From Eubacteriales bacterium (GTDB lineage: Bacteria > Bacillota > Clostridia > Oscillospirales > CAG-272), in NCBI GenBank assembly GCA_045540515.1, contig JAZQHJ010000162.1, positions 1 through 47,600 on the forward strand: a stretch of DNA of 47,600 nt. The letters run 5' to 3'. The position numbers were made by a program, and so were the translations under genes. Shown here in pieces: positions 37,270 through 46,514 of the stretch (position 1 is the first letter of the stretch; the number at the start of each line of letters is the position of its first letter). A model generated the notes under the pieces. The model worked only from the letters and a program-made list of their open reading frames with translations. It was not told the DNA's origin and did no database searches.

Positions 37270-37297
37270 AAAAAGCCGACACGTGTCGGCTTTTTTT
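37270..37297 (+). terminator. Terminator after the ligase (follows the second repeat copy)
   Basis: Palindrome AAAAAGCCGACACGTGTCGGCTTTTTTT. Confidence 0.85.
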
Positions 37298-37313
37298 GTT
37301 GTTATAGGCTAAT

Positions 37314-37345
37314 TAAAAAGGAACAGATTTCACTCTGTTCCTTTT
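37314..37345 (-). terminator. Terminator after the LRR gene
   Basis: AAAAGGAACAGA-TTTCAC-TCTGTTCCTTTT. Confidence 0.85.
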
Positions 37346-37349
37346 GATT

Positions 37350-39776
37350 TTATTCACTAAGTGTTGAATAGATTACTTCCTGTGGTGCGCCATCATTTGC
37401 GTTTATGTAGCTAACCGTGTCGTTTGCATAAATATATGCACTCATTACGAAGGAAATATCCTTTATAGCTACCTCTGCACCGTTTTCGGCATTACCGTCA
37501 AGGTCAACTTTGTTGTCCCAAATATCGCCAACTAGCTTAAAGTCTATTCTTGTGATATTGTTTTCAACAATTTCGTTTGTTACGTCTGCCTTTAATACCT
37601 TACCCTTTTCAAGTGCAACTTCATTTGCATTTGCATCAAGTGGGTTATTTGTACCAAGGTAGCTCTTTACTGCTGCAACAAATCCGATTTGTGTGCCTGC
37701 ATATACGCTCTTTAATTCTGCAAGGGCAACGTTATCAATGCTATAACCAAAGGTAATTCCGTTACCGTGTATCTTTGCGGAAAATCCTGTTTCGTCAAGA
37801 ATAATCTTGCTTGCCGTTTGAACATCAAGCTCCTCACAGCGTGAGCATTTTACACTCTTTTCGCCGTCCTTTGTGTAGTCGGCATAGGTAATTCCGACAA
37901 GAACTGCTCCGTTTTCAAGGTCATGGTTATGGCCAAGTGCTGTGTCTTGAAGCTCTGTCGTGCCTGCTAAATCACCGCAGAAGCAATATTTTGTATGGAA
38001 TACGTTTGTTACACAATCCGGCTCTGAAGCTATGGTTTTATCCGGATTTGCAATATGAGTAAAGGTTTCTTCTGTATAAGTAGTTTTTGCAAAATCAGTT
38101 TCCTTTGCATCGTAGCTGTCGCTAGGCGCACTAAAGCTTGCTAAATCATATACTACGTTTCCTGCACAGAAATATGCATAGAAATTAACCGGTTTGCTCG
38201 TTTGTTCAATATGCCACGTTGGAATCGTGTCAATGCCTGTGTTTTCTTTATGTGCAAAAACAAATGAGATATTGTTGGCTCTTTTATTCACTGTGCCATA
38301 ACAGACTTTTGTCATTTTGCCAAGGAAAACAAGCGTTATTCCACCCTTTTTGTTGTATAATCCTACATTTCCAAACGGTCCGTTTGCTGCTGATATTTCG
38401 GTAAAGGTCGTTGGAAATACTATATATCTATTCAATTGCTCACAGCTTAAAAACTCAACACCAAATATTGTGGTAAGTCCTGATGGCATATAGTAAACCT
38501 CTGGCTCCTGTGGCATAACGAAGTTATCTCCATACCAATCGCCGTTTTCGTCCCTTACTTCAAATGGGTCGTTTACAAAGTATAGATTTTTACAGCTATC
38601 GAACGCACCGCGTCCCCATTCTGCATTATCACCTATTGTGGTCAAGGTTGTTGGAAGATATACAGCTTTTAGCGCTGAACAGCCTTTAAATGCATTTTCC
38701 TCTATGCCTACAATTCCCTCAGGAATGGAAACTGCTTTAAGAGCGGTACAGCCCGCAAACATTTTGTCAGGCACGTTGCCTGTTGCGTTTGAAAGCTCAA
38801 CAAATTCAAGTGCAGTACAGCCACTGAACATTCCGTAGTTAATTGATACAACGTTATTAGGTATCTTTACGTATTTAAGTGAGGTACAGTTGGAAAAGAC
38901 TCCGTTTCCTTGAATTGAAAGCTCTGCTGTTGAAAATTTAATATCAACAAGGCTTGTGCATCCCTTGAATGCATTGTAGTTCATTGACGTAATCTCTCCT
39001 AAATCAACGGATTTAAGTGAGGTACAGCCATTAAACGGCTCCTTAGCAATTGATTTAACCGTGCTTGGAAGCACAACGGCTTTTAGTGAGGAGCAGTTAT
39101 AAAACATGTTGTCGCAAATTGACGTAAGCTGACCCAAATCAACTGATTCAAGTGCAGTACAGCCATAGAACGTTGAGCCTGATAGTGTTTCTAAGCTCCC
39201 CTCAAATTTAACTGTTTTTAGACTTGAACAGCCACTGAATGCCGCACTTTTTATCTTTGTAATGGTTGATGGAATTACAATGTCAACAAGACCTGAATTT
39301 TTAAAGCCCTTGTCAGCAATTTCTGTCACACAACCAAAATCAAAGCGCTTTAATGCCGTCCAGTTTTCGAACATAGTCGTTGAAACTGTTTTTGATGAGC
39401 CAGATGTGGTAAACCACTTTATTTCCTCACACTTTGAAAGTGGTGTGCTTGATGTTGCAAAATAACTTATTTTCGTTGATGTTTGACCGTTTGCCGTGTT
39501 TGTTTCAACAGCACCGCTCATATCAATTGCAACAATTTCGTTTTTGTCAACAGTGTTCGTAAATTCCACGTCTGAAAATAGGTCTAGGCCTAGATTTAGC
39601 TTAGGAGTTGAGCCAGTTTGGTTTTCAGTATAAACAGTTACATAATCATTTTCGATACTGCCTAGCTTAACCTTAAATTCGATATATCTGCTTGGCGTTG
39701 CTGCGCTGGCAACAATTGTAAGTGCACAAATTACCAAGGCAAGCATTAAGCAGATTAAAAAAGCTTTCCTTTTCAT
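37350..39776 (-). CDS. Secreted BspA-type leucine-rich-repeat protein
   Basis: Signal peptide ending ASA; about 12 F.GC..L..V repeats; Cys/His linker; unknown C-terminal domain. Confidence 0.88.
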   Translation of the reverse strand: MKRKAFLICLMLALVICALTIVASAATPSRYIEFKVKLGSIENDYVTVYTENQTGSTPKLNLGLDLFSDVEFTNTVDKNEIVAIDMSGAVETNTANGQTSTKISYFATSSTPLSKCEEIKWFTTSGSSKTVSTTMFENWTALKRFDFGCVTEIADKGFKNSGLVDIVIPSTITKIKSAAFSGCSSLKTVKFEGSLETLSGSTFYGCTALESVDLGQLTSICDNMFYNCSSLKAVVLPSTVKSIAKEPFNGCTSLKSVDLGEITSMNYNAFKGCTSLVDIKFSTAELSIQGNGVFSNCTSLKYVKIPNNVVSINYGMFSGCTALEFVELSNATGNVPDKMFAGCTALKAVSIPEGIVGIEENAFKGCSALKAVYLPTTLTTIGDNAEWGRGAFDSCKNLYFVNDPFEVRDENGDWYGDNFVMPQEPEVYYMPSGLTTIFGVEFLSCEQLNRYIVFPTTFTEISAANGPFGNVGLYNKKGGITLVFLGKMTKVCYGTVNKRANNISFVFAHKENTGIDTIPTWHIEQTSKPVNFYAYFCAGNVVYDLASFSAPSDSYDAKETDFAKTTYTEETFTHIANPDKTIASEPDCVTNVFHTKYCFCGDLAGTTELQDTALGHNHDLENGAVLVGITYADYTKDGEKSVKCSRCEELDVQTASKIILDETGFSAKIHGNGITFGYSIDNVALAELKSVYAGTQIGFVAAVKSYLGTNNPLDANANEVALEKGKVLKADVTNEIVENNITRIDFKLVGDIWDNKVDLDGNAENGAEVAIKDISFVMSAYIYANDTVSYINANDGAPQEVIYSTLSE

Positions 39777-39866
39777 AGGGTCTCTCTCCTTTTTGTATTT
39801 TTAATATTGTATTATAATTGTATTATGTAAATTATATCATATAAGAAAAGAATTCACAAGAAAAAT

Positions 39867-41051
39867 TTATTTAGTATGATAATGCTCCGATACAAATGAG
39901 TCGTTCATATTTATGTTTTCTGCCTTAACTACTCTTGTTTTGCGCTTTGAGGTTGCAATTCTCTTTTCAAGCTCTGCATAGAAAAGGTCATCATCAAAGG
40001 TGGCTAGGTCAATTTCCTTGTCAAGCCATGAGGAAAGGTGCATTGCATTTGAGATTGTTAGTCCGTTTATGCCCTCCTCGCCTCTTGCAACAAGCTCTGT
40101 GCCATTTAAAATTGCTCCTGCAAAGGCATTTAAAACACCTGCGTGCTGTTCGTTTTTACCGTCTGTTTCAACTATGGTAAGCTCTGCTGGTGGTCCTGCA
40201 AATGGGTTGGTGTTTACTCTTGAAAATTCCTTTTCGGTCATTTCACATTCCCACATTTTTAGCTCTCCGTTTTCTGCAATTAGCTTTCCCTTTTCAAGCA
40301 TAATCTCAAAGCGGTTTGTTCCTGCAATATCGCCCGTGGTTGTTACAAAGGTTCCTGTTGCACCATTTGGATATTCAACATATGCACTAACATCGTCCTC
40401 AACCTCAATCTCGTGCCATTTTCCATAATGTAGCTTTGCGTGAATTTTGCTTGGCATTCCACAAATCCATTGCCATAGGTCAAGGTTGTGTGGGCATTGA
40501 TTTAGGAGCACTCCGCCTCCCTCTCCTGACCAAGTTGCACGCCAGTTGCCTGAATCGTAATAGCATTGTGGTCTGTACCAGTCTGTTATAATAAGGCTTG
40601 TGCGTTTTATTTCTCCAAGACGACCGCTTTGAACAATTTCTCTCATCTTACGATAGATGCAATTTGTTCTTTGGTTCATCATAATTCCAAATACGGCATT
40701 TGACTCCTTTGCCACCTCGTTCATTTCCTTAACCTGCTTTGTATAAACTCCTGCTGGCTTTTCAATGAGTGTGTTGATTCCCTTTTTTAGAGCCATAATT
40801 GCGTATTTTGGGTGGTCATAGTGGGGAACGGCTACCAAAATCGAGTCGATTTTACCACTATTTATCATATCCTCGGCATTTTCAAAGATTTGCGCATTTG
40901 GCGCCTTTTCCTTTGCCTCGGCTCTTTTTTGTGGGTCTATATCACAAATTGCGCTTATTTCAACCTGCTCACATTTTCCACTCATTACATTGTCAACATG
41001 TAGAGTTCCTATATTTCCGTATCCGAGTATTCCTAGCTTAATTTTTTTCAT
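39867..41051 (-). CDS. Gfo/Idh/MocA-family NAD-dependent oxidoreductase
   Basis: GILGYGNIG, VPHYDH, IEKP, GGGVLLNQCPHNLD. Start ATG 41051. Confidence 0.92.
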   Translation of the reverse strand: MKKIKLGILGYGNIGTLHVDNVMSGKCEQVEISAICDIDPQKRAEAKEKAPNAQIFENAEDMINSGKIDSILVAVPHYDHPKYAIMALKKGINTLIEKPAGVYTKQVKEMNEVAKESNAVFGIMMNQRTNCIYRKMREIVQSGRLGEIKRTSLIITDWYRPQCYYDSGNWRATWSGEGGGVLLNQCPHNLDLWQWICGMPSKIHAKLHYGKWHEIEVEDDVSAYVEYPNGATGTFVTTTGDIAGTNRFEIMLEKGKLIAENGELKMWECEMTEKEFSRVNTNPFAGPPAELTIVETDGKNEQHAGVLNAFAGAILNGTELVARGEEGINGLTISNAMHLSSWLDKEIDLATFDDDLFYAELEKRIATSKRKTRVVKAENINMNDSFVSEHYHTK

Positions 41052-41059
41052 ATTGCACC

Positions 41060-41830
41060 TCATAGTCCTAGTGATTTTAAGTATTCATAGCTTTGCTTTA
41101 AGCATTCAAATGGGTCTGCACCGTAGCAGTTATCCTGTTCAACAAGAAGGTATTTTGTTCCTGCCTTATCAAGTGCGTCAACAATTTTCTCAAAGCACAT
41201 ATTTCCATAGCCAACTCTTTCCATTCTTTGGTCGTTTCCAACAATGGTAAGGTCCTTTAAATGCACTGCTGTAAGTCTGCCCTTTAGCTTATTTATTACC
41301 TCGCAAACGTCAGTGCCTGCATATTGTGCCCAATAGGTGTCAAGAGTGATTTGAAGCTCGTTTGGCTCAAATGCATTAAGTAGCTTGTCGAGCATTAGCT
41401 CACCGTCACTGCATCTTGAAAACTCCCAGTGGTGATTGTGGTAAAAGAGCTGTGAGCCGTTTTCACTAATTGTTTTAGCAACGTCCTTAAATTCCTTAAT
41501 AAAGATATTTAAATTTTCCTCGCTTGCTCCATTTGGCATACAGCCAAGTCCAATATTCTTACAGCCAAAGGCATTGTGCTTTTTGATTACCTCTTGGGTA
41601 TTGTCCCTTACCTCACAGGCATTGTAGTGAGTTAAAACACATTTAAGTCCGTTCTTTGCAAGCTGTTCATTAAGCCACTCTGCTTCGTATTCACAGGTGC
41701 CTGAAACCTGTACTATCTTGTAGCCTATTTTTGCGATTTTTTCAAGGGCTTTTGCAAAATCATCAAGATTTTGAGTGTAGTCCCTAACTGTATAAAGCTG
41801 TGCTCCGATTTCCATATTATACTTTCCCAT
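41060..41830 (-). CDS. Sugar phosphate isomerase/epimerase (xylose-isomerase-like TIM barrel)
   Basis: QLYTVRD, YHNHHWEF, LDTYW, HLKD, VEQD. Confidence 0.9.
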   Translation of the reverse strand: MGKYNMEIGAQLYTVRDYTQNLDDFAKALEKIAKIGYKIVQVSGTCEYEAEWLNEQLAKNGLKCVLTHYNACEVRDNTQEVIKKHNAFGCKNIGLGCMPNGASEENLNIFIKEFKDVAKTISENGSQLFYHNHHWEFSRCSDGELMLDKLLNAFEPNELQITLDTYWAQYAGTDVCEVINKLKGRLTAVHLKDLTIVGNDQRMERVGYGNMCFEKIVDALDKAGTKYLLVEQDNCYGADPFECLKQSYEYLKSLGL

Positions 41831-41831
41831 T

Positions 41832-42647
41832 TTATATTCTCCTTAATATCTCATTAAGTGCTTTTGCTCCCGCATCAAATGCCTCGTTTGTATCTGTGAA
41901 CACAGGAGTATTTTTTATGCTTTGTCCGTTTTCAAGCTCCTTCAAGCCGTAAAACTCCATAAGGTGTGGCTCCAAGGTAAGCACCTGTCCGCCTTGCTTT
42001 ATGTATTCCTTAATTAAATACTCAACATTTCCTATTCCCTGTCCTGCTGGTACTACGCTTTTGTCCGTCTGTGCGTCCTTTATATGCATATAGTCAACAT
42101 ATGGGTGGAGTGTCTGCCAAGCCATTTTGGTATCAACCCCACATTGAACAAAGTTTGCAGGGTCAAACACTGCCTTAATTTGTGGAAACGCCTTATGAAT
42201 TTGCTCACAACATTCAACAGTATCGCCAAAAATGTCCTTTTCGTTTTCGTGGCATAGAATTATACCATCTGGTGCCTCACTGCAAAGGGCTTCAAGCCTT
42301 TTAAATACAAGCTCTGTGTCCTTTGAAAAGTAGCTGAACATTCTTATTCTTTTTGCTCCTAAAAGCTCTGCGCTTTGACAAATATGCTTAAAGCTCTCAA
42401 GCTGACTCTCAAAGTCCTCATTTGGGTTATATTTACCAATGGGTGAACCGATTGACCAAACGGAAATGCCATTGTCAGCAAGCTCCTTGCTAATTTCCTT
42501 AACCCTTGCATGTGGAATATCCTTAATGTTTTGTCCGTCAACGCCTCTTATTTCAAGAAGGCTGATATTATTTCTTTTAAGTGCCTTTATTTGCCCACTA
42601 AGCTCGTTTGATGCCTCGTCGGCAAAGGCGCATAGCTTAATTTCCAT
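41832..42647 (-). CDS. Sugar phosphate isomerase/epimerase (xylose-isomerase-like TIM barrel)
   Basis: FADE, SIGSPIGK, HENEK, FDPANF, HIKD, LEPHL. Confidence 0.9.
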   Translation of the reverse strand: MEIKLCAFADEASNELSGQIKALKRNNISLLEIRGVDGQNIKDIPHARVKEISKELADNGISVWSIGSPIGKYNPNEDFESQLESFKHICQSAELLGAKRIRMFSYFSKDTELVFKRLEALCSEAPDGIILCHENEKDIFGDTVECCEQIHKAFPQIKAVFDPANFVQCGVDTKMAWQTLHPYVDYMHIKDAQTDKSVVPAGQGIGNVEYLIKEYIKQGGQVLTLEPHLMEFYGLKELENGQSIKNTPVFTDTNEAFDAGAKALNEILRRI

Positions 42648-42649
42648 AC

Positions 42650-43480
42650 TTATACTCCTGAATATGCTGAGAATCCACCGTCAACTGGTACAACAATTCC
42701 TGTAACGAAGCCAGATGCATCGTTGTCACATAGCCACATAAGAGTTCCAAGAAGCTCCTCTGGCTTGCCAAATCTTTTCATTGGTGTTGCGTTTAGGATT
42801 TTTTCCGTGCGTGGTGTTGGTGTGCCGTTTTCGTTAAATAGTAGGGCTTGGTTTTGCTTTGTAACAAAGAAGCCTGGGGCGATTGCGTTAACTCTTATTT
42901 TCGCACTTGCAAGGTGCACGCTTAACCACATAGTGAGGTTTGAAACCGCACTCTTTGCACTGCTGTATGCAGGGATTTTTGTAAGAGGTCTGAACGCATT
43001 CATTGATGATACATTTACAATAACTCCGTCGTTATTTACCATATCAGCTGAAAAAACCTGTGTTGGCAAGAGTGTGCCAATTAGGTTAAGGTCAAAGACA
43101 AAGCCAAAGTCCTCCTTGTCTAGGTTGAAGAAGGTTTTAATGTCGTTTAGCTTTTCCTCTCCGTCCTCATAGTATTCGTGGGCAATTGTGCATCTTGGGT
43201 TATTGCCACCTGCACCATTTACTAAAATATTGCATTTTCCGTATTTTTCTAAAATGTCCTTGTGTACATTTTCTATTGATGCCTTGTCTAGAACATTACA
43301 TTCATAGCCATTTGCCTTGTAGCCCTGTGCTGTAAGCTCGCCTGCAAGTGCATTTACGGCATCCTTGTTTATGTCAAGAAGCATTACGTGTGCTCCATTT
43401 TTTGCAAGCTCTTTTGCAAATGCAGAGCAAAGGACACCACCTGCTCCTGTAATTACAGCAATTTTATTGTCAAGCTTCAT
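42650..43480 (-). CDS. uxuB: SDR-type D-mannonate oxidoreductase (fructuronate reductase)
   Basis: TGAGGVLC, NGAGGNNP, SSMNAFRPLTKIPAYSSAK, VDGGFSAYSGV. Confidence 0.9.
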   Translation of the reverse strand: MKLDNKIAVITGAGGVLCSAFAKELAKNGAHVMLLDINKDAVNALAGELTAQGYKANGYECNVLDKASIENVHKDILEKYGKCNILVNGAGGNNPRCTIAHEYYEDGEEKLNDIKTFFNLDKEDFGFVFDLNLIGTLLPTQVFSADMVNNDGVIVNVSSMNAFRPLTKIPAYSSAKSAVSNLTMWLSVHLASAKIRVNAIAPGFFVTKQNQALLFNENGTPTPRTEKILNATPMKRFGKPEELLGTLMWLCDNDASGFVTGIVVPVDGGFSAYSGV

Positions 43481-44525
43481 TTATAATCTCCCTGAATTTT
43501 TTCATATAAATTTGCCAATCGGCACGTGAAAGGAAGTGTGTTCCCTCTCTTAGGTGGAAGCATACCTCTCCTTGTAAAAGCTCATTTCCTACACTTGGCA
43601 TTTTGCTTTCACAAATCAAGCCACCTTTGCCATATAGCCTCCAAATGTCGGATGCCAAATAGCACGATAGAAATTGTCCCTCATTGTCCGCCCACACGTC
43701 CTTAATTGCTCCACCTATCATTAAGTGTCTTGGTGCAATAAGACTAAGAAGCATATGCTGGTCAAAGGGGAGCTTTTCCTCGTTATTTACATATGTAAGA
43801 AAGTCCTTGCAAAACCAGAATGGAAAAACCTCTGTTATTTTTTCGATGGTTTCGTTTCCCTCTATTTTACCTCGTGAAAGCGCTGCGCCACAGCATCCAC
43901 TGTCGTTTGAGCAGGTCAGCTTAAATCTTTCATCCATAGCAGAGGCAAGGAGTGCTGTTTTTCCAAGCCTTGAATGTCCGATTACGGCAACATTTTTTGT
44001 GTCAACCTCGTCTCTTTTTTCAAGGTAGTCCATGCAAGCACTTGCCATATATGCCCAAAATGAGATTTTTCCACAGGTGGATTCCTCAAAAAGCTGTGCA
44101 AGTCCGTCTCTTTTTTCATTGTCGCTTGTTACGTCCTGATAGAAAAAGGTATAAATACCAAAGCCACTATCCAAAATTTCCTCAACTGGCAAATACTTGC
44201 TTGGAATTTCTGGGTTCATTCCTATGTATATAAACACAGGCACGTTTTTTCTGTCGGGTGGCAAAATCAAATCAGTTTTTACTGTATGGCTCTTGCCGTT
44301 TTTCTCAAAGGTAAGAAATACGCTTTCCCATTTGCCCTTGCCCGCAAAATCAACCCAGTTTTCCTCGATTCTTATGCTGGGTGTTAGCTTGTGTGGCAAA
44401 TGTCCATATTCGTGATTTAAAAATAGCTCCCTTATTTCGTTCCTTTTGCTTTTCCAAGCCTCTTTGCTTGTTATTCCATAAAAAAAGTCAGGAAGCTGTC
44501 TTTTTTCTAGCTCTTTTTTAATCAT
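43470..44525 (-). CDS. CE15-like glucuronoyl esterase (alpha/beta hydrolase), no signal peptide
   Basis: GHSRLGKTAL nucleophile motif, SGCCGAA, FPFWF, LPFDQHML..LIAPR, D.WAD, REGTH. Confidence 0.85.
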   Translation of the reverse strand: MIKKELEKRQLPDFFYGITSKEAWKSKRNEIRELFLNHEYGHLPHKLTPSIRIEENWVDFAGKGKWESVFLTFEKNGKSHTVKTDLILPPDRKNVPVFIYIGMNPEIPSKYLPVEEILDSGFGIYTFFYQDVTSDNEKRDGLAQLFEESTCGKISFWAYMASACMDYLEKRDEVDTKNVAVIGHSRLGKTALLASAMDERFKLTCSNDSGCCGAALSRGKIEGNETIEKITEVFPFWFCKDFLTYVNNEEKLPFDQHMLLSLIAPRHLMIGGAIKDVWADNEGQFLSCYLASDIWRLYGKGGLICESKMPSVGNELLQGEVCFHLREGTHFLSRADWQIYMKKFREIINEA

Positions 44526-45559
44526 AATGTTTTTTCAATTCCCTCAAATAATCCAGCTATGTAGGTTGCGCCAAGGGCTCTGTCAAATAGTCCATAGCCA
44601 TAGCGTCCCCTTTCGCCCCAAATCATTCTGCCGTGGTCAGGTCTTACGTATCCGTCAAAGCCACCGACAACAAGTGCCTTAACTATTCCATACATATCAA
44701 GCGAGCCACATTCAGTTGGGTGACCGACCTCATAAAACTCTCTGTTTCCTGTTATTAAAATGTTTCTTAGGTGTAGAAAATGAACACGTGATGCGAATTT
44801 TTCTGCCATTTTAACAAGGTCATTATCCCTTGATGCTCCTAGGGAGCCTGTGCAGAAGGTTATGCCGTTTTCTTTAAGTGGCACAATATTCAAAAAGCGT
44901 TCAATATTCTTTTCATCAGTGATAATTCTTGGAAGTCCAAAGATGTCCCATGGTGGATCATCGGGGTGAATTGCCATATTTACTCCTGCCTCATGTGCAA
45001 CAGGAATTACCCTTTCAAGGAAGGTGGTTAGATTTTTCCAAAGTCCCTCCTTGCCGATTTTCTTGTATTTTTCAATAAGCTCCTTTAATTCCCCTCTTGT
45101 ATAGCTTTCATCCCAGCCAGGAAGTGAAAGCTCACTTGTTAGCGGGTCCATTGTGAGTAGGGTGCTTTCGCTATATGCAAGAGAGTTTGAGCCGTCTACA
45201 CTTTGATGTTCAAGCTCACTTCTTAGCCAATCAAACACAGGCATAAAGTTGTAGCAAATGCACTTTACTCCCGCCTTGCCAAGTCGCCTTACGTTTTCAC
45301 AATAGTTTTCGATAAGCACGGATGCGTTTTCACCACCGTACTTAATTTCCTCGGGAACAGGTACGCTTTCAACAACCTCAAATTCAAGTCCCTTTTCGTT
45401 TGCCTTTCTTTTGAGCTCCAAAATACTCTCATTTGACCAAATGCCACCTGCCCTTACGTCGTAAATTGCACTAACAATTCCAGTCATTTTTGGAATTTGG
45501 CGAATGTGGTCAAGGGTAACAGGATCATTGTCTCCATACCAACGAAATGTAAGCTTCAT
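44522..45559 (-). CDS. uxuA: Mannonate dehydratase
   Basis: MKLTFRWYG, CYNFMPVFDW, IHPDDPP, RPDHGR, YGLFDRALG. Confidence 0.97.
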   Translation of the reverse strand: MKLTFRWYGDNDPVTLDHIRQIPKMTGIVSAIYDVRAGGIWSNESILELKRKANEKGLEFEVVESVPVPEEIKYGGENASVLIENYCENVRRLGKAGVKCICYNFMPVFDWLRSELEHQSVDGSNSLAYSESTLLTMDPLTSELSLPGWDESYTRGELKELIEKYKKIGKEGLWKNLTTFLERVIPVAHEAGVNMAIHPDDPPWDIFGLPRIITDEKNIERFLNIVPLKENGITFCTGSLGASRDNDLVKMAEKFASRVHFLHLRNILITGNREFYEVGHPTECGSLDMYGIVKALVVGGFDGYVRPDHGRMIWGERGRYGYGLFDRALGATYIAGLFEGIEKTL

Positions 45560-45590
45560 ATTTTTCTCCTTGATTTTTAGTTCTATTTAC

Positions 45591-45619
45591 ATTATAATAT
45601 AATTATATTTACAATACAA
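45591..45619 (-). promoter_or_regulatory. Sigma-A promoter of the uxuA operon
   Basis: Minus strand TTGTAT-N17-TATAAT. Confidence 0.65.
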
Positions 45620-45674
45620 TTGCTTTTTTTAGCAAAATACATTGTATTTTTATGCATAACACAGAGGTTTTAAA

Positions 45675-46493
45675 ATGGCAGTTATTGAACACATTGAAAA
45701 TGAACTTTTTACACTTTCTCATTCAATTGATAAAAAGCCGTCCGTTACGGACTTTCACCCCCATATTCACGACTATTATGAGCTTTTTTGCTTTGTTAAG
45801 GGCGATGCGAATTACAGCGTTGAGGGTAATTTATACAAGCTTCAATCGGGAGCAATTATGCTTATGCGTCCGTCTGAAACTCACAAGCTTGTTTTAAATT
45901 CAAGCGATGAGTATGAAAGATATGTTTTGAACTTCTCCCCCTCGCTTCTTTCAAGCATGGGGCTTTCAAAGGAGCTTCTTTCCGCCTTTAAGGAACGTGA
46001 GTTAGGTCAAAAAAACCTATATTTACCAAGCGAATTTAGCCACGTATCGCCACTTTTATTCTTTGAAAAGATGTTTTTAGAGAGCAAGGTAATCAATCCA
46101 AGGGATGCAGTTTTATCAAATTTTGCATCCTTGCTTTGTCAAATCAAGCTAGCTTTTTCTAAAAAGGATGAGCAACAAAGCACCGAAAATCAGCTTGAAA
46201 GGGATATTATTTGGTTCGTAAATGAAAACCTTACAAGGGATATTACAACCAATGACATTGCCGATTACGTGCACCTCAGTCCCTCACAGGTTTCAAGAAT
46301 TTTCAAGCGTGCAACAGGGACCTCGATTCACGATTATATCATCACAAAAAGGCTTATTCTCTTTAACAAGCTTGTTGATAGGGGCGAGAGTATTTCCTCC
46401 GCCTACAAAAAATGTGGATTTAGCGATTATTCCTCGTTTTACAGGCTTTACAAAAAAAGATTTGGAGCTTCTCCAAGCAAAAAGCACCTTTGA
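45675..46493 (+). CDS. AraC-family transcriptional regulator
   Basis: Cupin H.HDYYE..H domain; C-terminal double HTH with CGFSDYSSFYRLYKKRFGASP. Confidence 0.93.
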   Translation: MAVIEHIENELFTLSHSIDKKPSVTDFHPHIHDYYELFCFVKGDANYSVEGNLYKLQSGAIMLMRPSETHKLVLNSSDEYERYVLNFSPSLLSSMGLSKELLSAFKERELGQKNLYLPSEFSHVSPLLFFEKMFLESKVINPRDAVLSNFASLLCQIKLAFSKKDEQQSTENQLERDIIWFVNENLTRDITTNDIADYVHLSPSQVSRIFKRATGTSIHDYIITKRLILFNKLVDRGESISSAYKKCGFSDYSSFYRLYKKRFGASPSKKHL

Positions 46494-46507
46494 CAAGGTG
46501 CTTTTTT
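46479..46507. terminator. Bidirectional terminator
   Basis: AAAAAGCACCTT-TGAC-AAGGTGCTTTTT. Confidence 0.85.
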
Positions 46508-46514
46508 ATATATT

